From Hormiphora californensis (Eukaryota > Animalia > Ctenophora): a DNA stretch of 64,000 bases. Made by a program: the position numbers and the translations under genes. The stretch lies in contig CM035350.1 of the NCBI GenBank assembly GCA_020137815.1, positions 4,712,001-4,776,000 of the forward strand, written 5' to 3'. The notes below the pieces were generated by a model that was given only the letters and a program-made list of their open reading frames with translations, was not told the origin of the DNA and did not search any database. This document shows, in pieces, positions 24,332 to 38,678 of this stretch. How positions within the stretch are numbered: the stretch's first letter is position 1; every line of letters starts with the position of its first letter.

Positions 24332-27300
24332 CTATCCAACCTGTACCAAGTATTCCAGTCGGATATTAGCCGGATCTTTCACCACAAACTCACTATATTC
24401 ATCTAACCAGCGATACTGGATCCTCTTCTCGCCAGCTGCCCCCTCCTCCCCCTCCTCCTCCTCCTTCTCAGTTATATCATCTGCATAGCAATCACTAGCG
24501 GTGGAGTAGCTCTCATCCTCATCTCCCTCACTTGAATCATCCTCGATCTCAATAGGTACATAATCTGGGTCCTCTACCTGTTTTTCATCCTCCCTCAGCT
24601 TTGCGTGAATGGTCTTGAGGGGCCAGAACCGGCCCAAATTGAGAGTTGACCCACCCATGCTAATCTCGTATTTTCCTGGGTACTGTGAAGCCGCTCCTTG
24701 GACGTGCTGTGTATCAACACCAGTCTCCGGCATGGACTTGTTGTGTCGCGAGTCTTCATACTCGACATTGACAAACACGTTACCCAGATCTAACGCTTGC
24801 CACAACCACATACCTATACTTGCTGCCCCGGGTATACCCGTACGCCTTGGTGAAGTTATCACTAAAGTAAACTCCGTCCCCAAACCTGCTTCCAAATGCC
24901 TTGCCATGAGGAGCGATGAGAAGGCCCCTTTTCAGAATACTGAGAATTCCACTGGTCTCGATACCGTGGAAGAGAAGAACCCGCTTACCACTACCCTTTC
25001 GATCATCAGGTAACTCAGGGTTGATCTTGAAGATGTTTCGGATGGTATAGCTTTTGTTCGTTGCATGAATGTTTTTCAACAGGTACTGAACCCTACTGTC
25101 GTGTCCTTCCAGCGCTTCAATTCCGCACCCCAAACTCCGGTACATGTACTCGACAGGGTGAAGTTTCTCGGGGTCCCTCTGGGAGCCTGCCATAATCCGG
25201 TTTATGATCTCAATATCCCGAATATGCTGCAGTTTATCCTTCCACTCATTCAAAGAATATTCACTGTTGATCGCTTCCACCCGGGTTACTGAGTGTCCTT
25301 CTTGGGGGATGTAGAAATGGAGCTCATTGGACAAATCATAAATCTTCTGTTCTACTTCGAAGTATTTCTTGTCAACCTCCGCAGTCTTGGTCTCTAGCTC
25401 TTCCAAACCATCTTTTTCCCCAATCAGCTTTTCGATCTCTTTCAAGATACCCTCCGCCTTCGCGAGACTCTCCTCCCTGGGGAACCCAAAGGGAGATCCA
25501 GTTACATTCAACTTCAATTCATCCTTCATAATATTAGACATGTAGTCAGGATTGCATGCCTCAAGTAGCGCATCAAACACCTTCCTATTCATGTTTGTAG
25601 GATGATTATCCTTCTTGAAATCGTACTCCACCAACTTGTACTGATCTTTATATCTAAAAGTCCGGGGAACGAGCCGGTACTTGCCGCGATGACTCACAAA
25701 ACTCTCAATATCCTTGTACTCGTTCTTCGTCTTGGCTTTGAAAACCTTGCAAAACTCTGCTAAGCACTCCTCGAAGGTGGGAAATGGAGTTTCCTGGTGC
25801 TGCCCGTCATCTCCAATCCGTCCCCACCGTGTCAACAACACGTAGATCCCCTTACCCAGATTCTTGACAATCTGCATCTTATAAAAGCTGTACAACCCGT
25901 ATTTTGAGTTAATTCCAACATCCACCTTTGTCATAAGGATGTCATAAAACTGGCCTGTCGTTGTGTCCCTAACTACCTCGCCCTCAGACTTGAAGCTGAG
26001 GTTATTGTCAGGAACTGCGAGACCCTCTGCGGATTTCTCCGGGGAGCACGTTTTAGTGAAGTTGTCCATGAACACCCGACTATCCTCGGTAAAGTTAGGT
26101 CGCTCAGTAGAAACACTCATGGAAACATCCTGTACATGGGTTGGCTTGACACCCAATATGGAGAGATAACGTGGTTTCAGTAGACACTCGTCAACTGGGC
26201 TCATCCCGCGGATATTCTTCAAGTCCCTGGCTTTCTTCAGGATGTTATTCTTCTTCAGGACCTTAACAAAGTCCTTGAGAATGGTGTGGTCAGTGAGCTC
26301 AACGTCAGGGTACAACCTGACCAGAAAACTCAGTACAGAGTCACCGTCATGGTTTTGAAGAAGAAGATCCGAGCTCGACGTGACTTTGTTCAGCAGTACT
26401 GTGAAGATCTTAAACTTGTGGAGCTTTGCAGCGTACATTAGAGGAGTCATACCATCAGCATCCGGGAGGGAAACTAAGGAATTTGTGGAAAGGAACTCAA
26501 CCATCTCCACCTCTCCTTCGATCACCATCTTCCCCAGTATGGAGTATTGTTTGCTGAAACTTGTGAAGTAGTCAGATCGACCGGTCGGAAAGCTGTAGTC
26601 AAAGAGGTGATTTCCCGACTCTTGGATGTTAAAATCACACAGGCTGTCGAATGAAACTGATGTTTGCTCTTGAAGGGCCTTGAGGCTATCAATGGTTGGG
26701 GTGTTATTCCAGAATAGTGCACACGCGGGTGTTCGTTTGAAACAATCCACATTGTTGATGTTTTCCTTTCCCTTCACGAGAATCTTAGCCACATCCATTT
26801 TCCAGTTCAGGCAAGCGTAGTGAAGTGGAGTGCAGTCGTGGACATCTCGAGCTGAGAGATCAAAGTTTAACCTTTTTAACAACTGCAGTATTCTGACCTG
26901 CAATGGTTCGTCAGGAGACTTTGTCAGGCACAGCAGATGTACCAAAGATTGCCCTTTGTCGTTTGTTTCCTCAGTTTTCAGAGCCCTCCCAAACTTTAGA
27001 ATGAGAGTAATAACCAGATTCAGTTTGTGCAGTTTGAGTGCAGCTTCTATCGGTATGAAGGATGATCCAATCAAGTCAACAAGCTTGAACACCACGCCTT
27101 GCCACCCATAACTTATAGAGTAGTAGAGCAGTCCGTTATTTGTCTTTGAAGTAATGGTTGCAACCAGCCTCTTCTCCTCGAGCGGTGCCCACTTTAGTGG
27201 CGGCTCCTCCTTTTCTCTTTCTTCCTGCTTCCTCTCCTTTTCACCCTCATCTTCATGTCGGTACATGGGGAACACTACATCCCTATTTGGGTCGGCCCCC

Positions 27301-30300
27301 TTCTCAATGAGCATTAGTGAGCAACTCTGGTGGTTATTCATGACCGCATGACACAGGGGTGTGTTGCCCATGTAGTCCAGTTGGTCAATCTTGCAGCCTT
27401 TAGAGATCAGGTGGGTAGAGGACACGCTTCCTCCCCTCCGTGCACTGAGGTGTAGAGCAGTGAAGTGGTCCCAGTTGTCAGGCTGGGTTACCATGGCCTG
27501 GGACATCTCCTGGGTTAACATGCTCACAATCTCGATAGGATCGCTAAAACTGGCAGACATGTTTGGCCTGATAAAAGCAAAGTGAAGGGGTGTCTGGCCC
27601 TTTTTGTTGGCCAAGTTGGGGTCTGCCCCACGGAGTAGGAGAGCAGAGATGATCTCAATTGAGATGTCACTTCCAGTATCCACACCCTGAACGGCGTGGT
27701 GAAGGTAGGTGTTTCCATCATTATCAGCCGTGTTAACATTCTCAATTGAAGGTAGAACCTGCTCTAGAATGGATATCCGTCGTGTAAAGTTGTCCTGACT
27801 GCTCACAATGTGATGTAGCAGGTCCCGACCATCAGGGGCTTTGGCAAAGATACAACCACCTGCCGCAATGAGTGGCTCCACTACGCTGATGTGATGTGAT
27901 GCCGCCAGGACGAGGCAGGGAACGTTTACATGTTCATTATTCCTACATTCCCCCGCATTTGGTAGAATGTCAACAACGGCCCCAGCTGTGATCAACTTGG
28001 AGATGAGGTCCAGTTTACCCGCCTTAATGGCATAGTGTAACGGGTACATCCCGTGGGCATCTGCAAAGTTGACATCAGGGCCCATCTTCAAAACCCTGTC
28101 AATATGTTCCTCAGTTCCATACTTCATGGCTATGTTGAGCAACCGGAGGGTACCCCACTCCGTGTATGGGTACAAGGGACATGTTGCAAAATGGTACACC
28201 TCACCAGACCGTGTCTCAGATTTACAAGTGCAAACAGCATCATCCTCAATCACTCTCTCCCCGACTGCATCGTTTATATCGCAGTTGAATGGTTCCTTCC
28301 GCAGTAACTCCAGAACTGTCCAGGCAAGTTCTCTTTCCTCTTTAGCTGGCTGGGCTGCTCTTTTGGTCCGGAAACATCTCAACCCGGCGAGTGTGATGGC
28401 ATTTGAACCATTATAATTCCTCTCCACGGCAAACCGTTTCAGTGTCTCAGTTGGAACTGTCTCAATCATTGTCTGAATGATATCTACACCAGCTTTACTT
28501 GTCCTATCGATGTAATAGGTCAGCATGTTTCTCTTCTCCAACTTGACCCCTTCAACGTTGGAGCCATGTTTAATAAACGATCTAATAAGATCCTTGTTAG
28601 CGTGATTTTCCTGCTGTACTGCGGTGCTAAGAGGACTCTGCCCCTTGGCCGAGAGAGCATTAATATCCAACCCTCGAGAGAGTAAATCCGTCAGTAGATT
28701 ATCATAAAACTCGTAAGAAGCACCAGAGCGCTGACAAGCCAAGTAGTGGAGTACACCACATCCGTTGTTATCCACTGCTGCCACATCCACTCCTTGTTGC
28801 TCTAGGTAGAAGGTGAGCGTCTCCTGGATCGCATCTGAGCAGGTCTGGGTACATAACTTCATCAAGTAGGTAGCACCTGAACTGTCTCTGAAGTTCAGGT
28901 CCACTTCACAGTTCCCCACCAGCCACCTCATGACACCCATTTGGTTCCTCAGGATGCCCACCTCGAAGGGACACATACCCCAGTCGTTAGTCTTGCCGGT
29001 ATCCACATGGAGCTCCTCCACAAGGTACTGGACCATGGGTAGATACCCCTCCGCACACGCGTAGTGTAGGGCGGTGTTACCCGAGCTGTCACCAACATTG
29101 GCATCTGTGATGGTATGGGCAGCTAGCCAACTGAGGCAATGTAGTTGGTTGTATTTAGCAGCGTGATGGAATGCTAGCAATCCATGCCGGTCCTTCGACC
29201 TCACTTTACCCCCGTACAAGACTAGAGTTTTTAGAATTCCCAGATGTCCATACATTGCAGCCAGGTTGATGGGGAACATCCTCCTAACAGAGGCTGAGGT
29301 ACCCTTGTTTGGGTTAGCCCCTAGTTTTAGTAATGTCTCCACTGCCTCGTGATGCCCATTCATAACAGCCAACACCAGTGGAGTACAAGACATTCTAACT
29401 CCTTTAAGGGCTGCCTTGTCCATACCCGCCACACCCTCCTTTTTGACAAGGGCCTCTCTCATTTTGGCAGCATAATCCTCCTCCTCGTCTTCTTCCTCAT
29501 TGTCGTCTGCAGCGCTGGTTTTCTTTCTATACTTGGCAGCCTCTACAGTAACAACTCGTACCAACGCAATATCAACCCTCCGAGTAGGATCAATGATAGT
29601 GGGGTCCTTGTTTTCGAAATATTCCGCGTAGCCATGCCCAACGAGTGCCTTGATATTCTCCACCGATCCTTTCTCTGCAGCCCAATGTAATGGAGATTCT
29701 CCCTGTGGGGAGTGTGTGAAAGTTAGCAAGCATCTAGATTGTTACTTTCCATTCGTGTCAAAAGAGACTATTATTATTTCAACTCTACATTCTCTATTTT
29801 CACTCTTTCTCTCTCTGTCTCTTTATCTAACTCACCGATCGATTGAGAGTTCGGGGATCCGCTCCTGCACTGAGAAGGTAAGTGGTAGCATTGGCCGTGT
29901 CTGCAATTGCAGCATAGTGAAGAAGGGAGTTGTCACATCCATCTACTGTTGCTAGTGCCGGGTTGACGCTCAGCATCTGATGGGTACAAGATGTAATTTA
30001 TCAGGTAAAAGACACAACAGGCACAATTAAAGAAGGAGATAAAATAACCTGTTTAAGATATTTGATGTTTGAGTTAAGACACGCTGAGTGAAGGGGAGTA
30101 AGTCCCCCCGAACTGTCGCCAGTACGCTTATTCCTTCTCCTGCTCCAATAATCTTGTGCACCATATGTTTTCTTGGTTACATTGACCGATATGAAGGGAG
30201 TCAATTTTTCGCCTTTTTGAAAGGATAGAACCTAAAAAATCAACTGATAATTATAAACTCCATGATACCATTTTCACCCCCAATTGTTATACCTCGTGGT

Positions 30301-31621
30301 GCAATTTGTTGAAATTCCCGGGACCTCCAAACTTTTGCTTTAGCTCCAGATCCACTATTTTGGTAGCAATTTCAATATTGTTTGCCCGCAAGGCCGTACT
30401 GAACTGATCCTCTAGTGCTCCATAGAGGTTCGAATTCTTGTTGAACAGAGTATTCTGAAAGTAACGGATTTCATTAACACAAATTAATGCAATGACAGGT
30501 GAGAAAAAGCCTGAATCAATTTAGCTTATGATATTCTTACCAGGAAGCCGATGAAATCAATGTCACATCCATTCTCAATAGCATACGTCAGCATGTCGTC
30601 GAATTGGGGAATTATTTCACAACCGAATTGAATGGGATCGAAAGCGTTAACTCCCTCTTTGCTGCCTCTTGCCATGGTGATCGGCCGGATACGGTTGATG
30701 CCCAGAGATGCAGGGTTGTAAACGCCACTTTTCACAATCTGAAAATTATAATGTTTGGTTAAAGTAGTTCATGGTGTGCCATAACGTAGAACTCACATGT
30801 AACTGACTTGGAGTAACGGAAGTTCGATTTTTCTTGTTTTTCGTTTGGGCTTTATCTTCTTCCCCCAGCGAGTAGAGGAGTTTCACCATAGCTTTGTCCC
30901 TCCGATCAATTGCGTGATGCCATGCACTCTTTCTAACCAGCCCCACGACAAATTCATTACTCTCATAGGTGCAGTGAAATCCGGCGATAATCTTGAGATC
31001 TTTTGCAAGTCGTTTAACTTCCGAGATTTTGTTGAGGAAGACAGCTTGTGTGAAGATGTTGCTGTTGACGGATGGAGCAACTGGTGGGATATAAAATCCG
31101 TCTCGAAGAAGTGGGTCTGAGGTGTAGATTTTGATGTCGACGTATGGAGAAACTTTCTTTTTCTTAGCGGGTGATTGAAGTTTAGAAGTTGCTTTCCTTT
31201 TGCCGAGATTTGACGAGACTGATTTCTTATTTAGAGTTCTTTTCGCCTGCTTGCCAGAAGTTTTAACTTTGGGAGTGGGCTTGACCTTTCTGGGTGTATG
31301 AATACACTCTTTAAGATGTACATCCACAGCTTTAATTTCATCTGCATATACTTGAACTCTTCTTAGGTGAGGGGATAACTGTGTCACCCGAACTGTACAC
31401 AAAACACTCGCTGCTGGGACATCATTCACATCATGAATCGTATACGTGCGGTGTTGAGACCTAGGTTTGTTGTATTTCTCCTCGTCGTACCAACAAATAC
31501 GTACACTGTTTGTGTCTTGATAAATATGAGTGTAAAGCTGAGCGAGCCACCACCCGTTTTCATGCCTCACGCCCACAAAAGAACCCCGTTTGAATATTGG
31601 CCTGTTTGACTGGTTCGGCAT
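24332..31621 (-). CDS. Ankyrin-repeat/WGR/PARP-regulatory/PARP-catalytic protein (PME-5/tankyrase-like), with a 1-nt frameshift near 24791
   Basis: Many ANK repeats (TPLHxA), WGR (FYKMQIV..LLTRWGRIGDDG), regulatory helices, ART motifs LLFHG, FGDGVYFS and, in the overlapping frame 24332-24907, DLGNVF..YSEFVV..IRLEYLV. Five upstream exons lie between ~29835 and 31621. Confidence 0.88.
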
Positions 31622-31984
31622 AATGAATGGAGGAGTTTTAGAGACCTTTAACCTACATAGATCCTCCCCTTTCCACGGTGAGACAGAGTTGAAACCTCGC
31701 TGCGACTGAAAATCTCACTTTTTTGTTTTGCAAAAAAGCTTGAAATCTCGCGATCGCGTCCACATTTGAATCTCAGGAATTCGCGATGCATTGAAGTGAT
31801 TATAACGGAATGCGCGAAAGGTTTACGTTTTAACGCTGCATTTTGTAACGCGCAAGCTTTGGAAAAACTCGTGAAATGCTCTTTTTATTTTTTTTCCCGT
31901 TTTTCAAATTTTCGATGTCCACTTTTTTCCAACCTTTCTCCCCTACCCCATCTAAGTGTATAATGATAACTCTGGGTCCTGATT

Positions 31985-32290
31985 AGATAGAGACTTAATA
32001 GGTCTCTTTCCAATGCACCCAGAATGAAGTGGGCGCCGTTACGATCTGGGTGTTTGGAGGCCTGTTTACAGGTGCACACTGCCAAAAAAGTTGATTCACT
32101 AAAATGGCTCTAACCGCCAAACCACTCAACCGTTTTGGCTGATTCAAAATTTATCTGGTAGGGAATGTCAAGGCCTAACCCCAACCCAAACCCTAACCCT
32201 AACCCTACTTTAGCCCTAACCCTAAAAAACCGTTTGTCAGCACTCCCAAAACACCCAGATTTTAACGCTGGCCAAATGAAGTCTCTATCT
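31985..32290. mobile_element. Putative non-autonomous DNA element (Helentron/HINE-like) with internal (CCCTAA)n
   Basis: Inverted termini AGATAGAGACTT / AAGTCTCTATCT, a subterminal hairpin, and degenerate CCCTAA repeats at 32173-32224. Superfamily is inferred. Confidence 0.5.
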
Positions 32291-34550
32291 CCACGAAGAA
32301 AGAAGAACACAAAGAAGCTAGAACAGCTCTGAATAAAGCTATGAAAGAAACATCCAGATTTCTCATGAAAACCAGGATAAATTTCTATCGTGGAAAGCTT
32401 GACTACGTGGCTGATGATCCAGCTGCTGTCAGTGGGTTAATCAACAAACTACTGGGAAAAGACAAGATCCCACAGGAGCTTCCTAACGGGAATTCTTCGA
32501 GTGAAACAGCAGAAAACTTTGGCACTTTCTTCAAATCGAAAATCGAGGATATCTACGAGACGATCAGAGTTGAAAACGAACAATCTGAACCATTGCCAGA
32601 ACTACCACAAACTGACTACACTGGTGCCACATTTTCATCCTTCCGTAAAGTAACTGAAGAGGAACTCAGTGCTATAATTCAATCTATGGATAAAAAGCAC
32701 TGTGATCTCGATCCTATCCCTACCAGCAAACTCGTAGGTGTTCTCCCGAAGTTACTTCCTCTTATCTCTGACATTGTCAACAAAAGCCTACAAGAAGGTT
32801 TAGTTCCTGAACAGCTGAAGCAATCACTGATTCGACCCTCGTTCAAGAAGAAAGGAAGCCCGGAAGAACTAAATAACTACAGACCGGTATCCAACTTAGC
32901 TTTTATATCCAAGCTAATTGAAAAATGTGCGTCTATACAGCTTACGGAGCACCTTGAGACGAACGAACTGTTTCCAGGAGTTCAATCGGCGTACCGGAAA
33001 CATCATAGCACCGAGACCACACTGGTAAAAGTAGTGAATGATCTTCTTCTAATTACAGACACGAAGTCGAAGGCGGTACTTGTATTGCTAGACCTCAGTG
33101 CTGCTTTCGACACGATTAACCATGAATTGTTACTTGGGAAACTGAGGAGGAATTATGGCGTTGAAGGTACTGCCCTTGAATGGTTTGCCTCCTACCTCAA
33201 AGATAGGAAAGCTTCTGTGAAAATTGAGACCTCTACATCCTCGCCCTTAGCCATCAACATCGGAGTGCCACAGGGCTCTATACTTGGACCACTGTTGTTC
33301 ATTCTGTACACAAAAAAGTTGGAAAGTATTGCTAGGCACTATGGACTAATGGTGGAGCTCTACGCTGACGATACTCAGTTGTATGTTTCTTTCAGCAACG
33401 ATTCTCTCCTAGACCTCGAGACGAAACTGCAGGGTTGCTTAAACCACATCAAAGCGTGGATGTCCAAGAACTTCCTCAGACTCAACCCCAGCAAAACTGA
33501 AATAATCGTGTTAAACAACAAACATGATAAAACAGAAAACCCTGAAAGCCTTCAAACGATGAGCAACCATGAATCTACAAAGCCACTTACACTAGTAAGG
33601 AACCTTGGTGTATTTCTGGACTCAGAGCTCTCCCTATCTGGGCACGTATCCAGAACCGTAAGGACGTGTCAACTAGCCCTTATGAATCTTTGGAAAATCC
33701 ACAGAATGTTGGGTGTTAATCTGAAAGTCAAACTCGTTAACAGTTTAATACACAGCAGACTGGACTACTGTAACAGCCTCCTTGCTGGTTCTTCTGCCAA
33801 AGACATAGGTCGATTACAGAAGATTCAAAACTCTGCAGCCCGTTTCGTCTTTGGACAACGCCTCTACCAAGGCACCACAAACCTTCGCAAACAGCTTCAT
33901 TTCCTACCCGTTCGAGAAAGAGTGCAGTACAAGTTGTGTCTACTGACATACAAAACACTGAATGGTATAGCCCCACCTTACCTATCGAAGATGATAACAC
34001 TCCGTCAACCGAAGTTAAAAAGTCTACGAAGGGATGCTGACAAAACCTTACTTGACAAGAACTATGCCAGATATTGTTCGAGTAAAGGTGCGTTTAGTGT
34101 CGCTGCTCCGGAAATATGGAATAGCTTACCTTCTTCTCTTCGGGAAAGCTCATCCATCACATCATTCAAATCCAACCTGAAAACCCACTTCTTCCGAAAG
34201 GCATACGAGTGCTAAAAAAACAATGTGTGAAGACAATTTATACTATGAGAATTGTAGTAGAGAGATGAGAGAGAGTTGAGGATCCCGAATTAGAGTGTGA
34301 TACCGCGAAGTTAGAACGACCAGTACTCTTTTCACTCACTCTTTCTAAACTGGTCTTTCTTACTAATTTATATTTAATACTTGTTCTTTTTATGTGACGG
34401 ATCTCCAGAACTCGGTAAAAAAAAGAGCCTGGGTTAAATAAAATCAAAAAAAAAAAAAAAAAAAGTAAAGCAGAAAAGATCCAAAAAAAAAAAGAAAAAA
34501 AAAAAAAAAAAAAAAAAAAAAAGACAACAAAAAAGGGGCAAAGAAAAAAG
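32291..34550 (+). mobile_element. 5'-truncated L2/CR1-clade LINE with intact RT ORF (32341-34215), 3' UTR and A-rich tail
   Basis: NYRPVSNL, QSAYR, LDLSAAFDT, GVPQGSILGP, YADD, and C-terminal FSVAAPEIWNSLP..FKSNLKTHFF. No endonuclease domain. AATAAA at 34437 is followed by ~100 nt of A-rich sequence. Confidence 0.92.
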
Positions 34551-34609
34551 GGGGATATAAATTATAAATGGACACCAAAATTGGGGGTATGGGGGTGGAA
34601 GGGTTCCAG

Positions 34610-34942
34610 TGAGGTGTTGCGCAGTGGAGCATGTTGGGCTTCACTTATAGAAGTGCAGCCAGTATGGTGTAGTGCAGTGGAGCGTGTTGGGCTTTACTTA
34701 TAGAAGTGCAGCCAGTATGGTGTAGTGCAGTGGAGTGTGTTGGGCTTTACTTATAGAAGTGAAGCCAGTATGGTGTAGTGTAGTGGAGTGTGTTGGGCTT
34801 TACTTATAGAAGTACAGTCAGTATGGTGTGGTGCAGTGGAGTGTGTTGGGCTTTACTTATAGAAGTACAGTCGGTATGGTGTGGTGCAGTGGAGTGTGAT
34901 GGGCTTTACTTATAGAAGTACAGCCAGTGTGGTGAGATGCAG
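34610..34942. repeat. 53-bp minisatellite, ~6 copies
   Basis: GCAGTGGAGTGTGTTGGGCTTTACTTATAGAAGTACAGCCAGTATGGTGTAGT-like units start at 34621, 34674, 34727 and onward. Confidence 0.9.
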
Positions 34943-35129
34943 GCTACAACGAGTATGACTTCTCTCCCGCTCCTTGGTTCTCCTACAGGTGAAGTAGTCG
35001 GATCATCAGTCCTCACCCAGGTTGTATAAGACAGTATCGATTGTTTAAGGGCTAAAGCCCTGGTGCTAAAGTATTTATTTCTGGATCCCTAGATCCAAGA
35101 GCATATCTTATCAATCTGCAGTAAGCAGA

Positions 35130-35390
35130 GACAGTATTATATATTTCATCATCCGATTTAAATATCGTTTAACTAACAAGACCTACCTTCAGAAAAAATA
35201 TCATCTTGAAATAACATCTGGAAATCCTTGGTATAGAACTAACCGCTTTTGAAACGAGAGTTAGTGAGACGAAGTCCGCACCAAGTGATGCAAGTAGTCA
35301 AGACCTAACAGAACTCGTGTTGTTCTTTAAAATATGAACAATGAAAAGCGGACAATAAATGTATATTTGTATTTGTATTTGTATTTGTAT
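35130..35390 (+). mobile_element. Possible decayed LINE 3' end
   Basis: Degenerate FKYRL..KTYL peptide, then AATAAA and a (TGTATT)n tail typical of L2/CR1 ends. Confidence 0.3.
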
Positions 35391-35831
35391 CTTATCAGGA
35401 ATCAGAGATATCTCAGAAATGAAATTGGCGAAGACCATGCCAGGGGTGCCGGTTGGGGGTGAGAACTGAGAGAACAGTGGAAAAAAGGACTTTATCTAAA
35501 ACTTTATTGACGCTAGTGGGATCATTTAGGACAGAGGAATAGTATTGATACTTTGCTAATACATATGTAGCAAGATCTATTTAGGAGCTCGATTGCCCTC
35601 CTCTAATATAAATGTTGAAGTTCATTCATTCATTCCTCGATTGGTATTCGTTGAATCGTTTTAGTCAGAGGTAGCTCAAAGATTGAGCAGGTGGTCGAGA
35701 TGAAATTAAAGAGGTGTATGTGGTTGAAAGTGTAAGAGGGGGTAAGGTCGTATATATTTTGATTAAATATAAACTTTTAAACTAACCCACCAATTATTAG
35801 AATGTCCGTGTGAGGTGGGAATCAGACAGAA

Positions 35832-38142
<2,311 letters not shown>

Positions 38143-38678
38143 GACACCCAACTAACCAGAGACAGTTTTTAGAGACAGTTTTTCATGGCCAAGGACACTT
38201 TCAGAATTCTATCTTATATTTTTGTAAACATGTAAATAGAGTGTAAAATATATATAAATGTTCGTGTAAATCATTTTGTTGTCTGTAAAATTGAAAAATG
38301 AAGTAATCGTCCTCGTACACAACCACTCTTTTGTTCGTGCCCCCTTCTTTGTCTTCATTCTCTACAGCCGACGCCTCAAAGACTGTACCCTCATATCGTG
38401 GGCCCTACCTTTTGTCACCTCCACAACTTACCCCAAGTTTCATGAGTGAAGAACACCCAGAACGATGATCAGGAGCGACAGATAGAGTTGGGAGGTAAAA
38501 GAAGGGGCACCATCCCAAAGTTTAAACACGTCGATCAGAAATCAGCCCCTCCCATATCTTAACCAAATGCCGGCCCCCGTCCTCCGCGTCCTTCTAAAAC
38601 CCTCCGCCCCCCTCCACAAAAACCCCCCAAAAAAGGTTGGGGAAAGGGGAAGGGGTATAAAGAAATGCCTTTGACGTC

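Noticed and set aside
32173-32224. (CCCTAA)n as a true telomere or fusion scar
   Set aside because: Short, degenerate and internal to an element with inverted ends.
32341-34215. RT as retron, DGR or other novel RT system next to a repeat array
   Set aside because: Motifs and C-terminus are standard L2/CR1 non-LTR ORF2 with a 3' tail; the adjacent minisatellite shows no template/variable-repeat relationship.
34610-34942. Regular repeats here and at 51435-51830 and 54675-55480 as CRISPR arrays
   Set aside because: Head-to-tail units without unique spacers, no cas genes, and a eukaryotic context.
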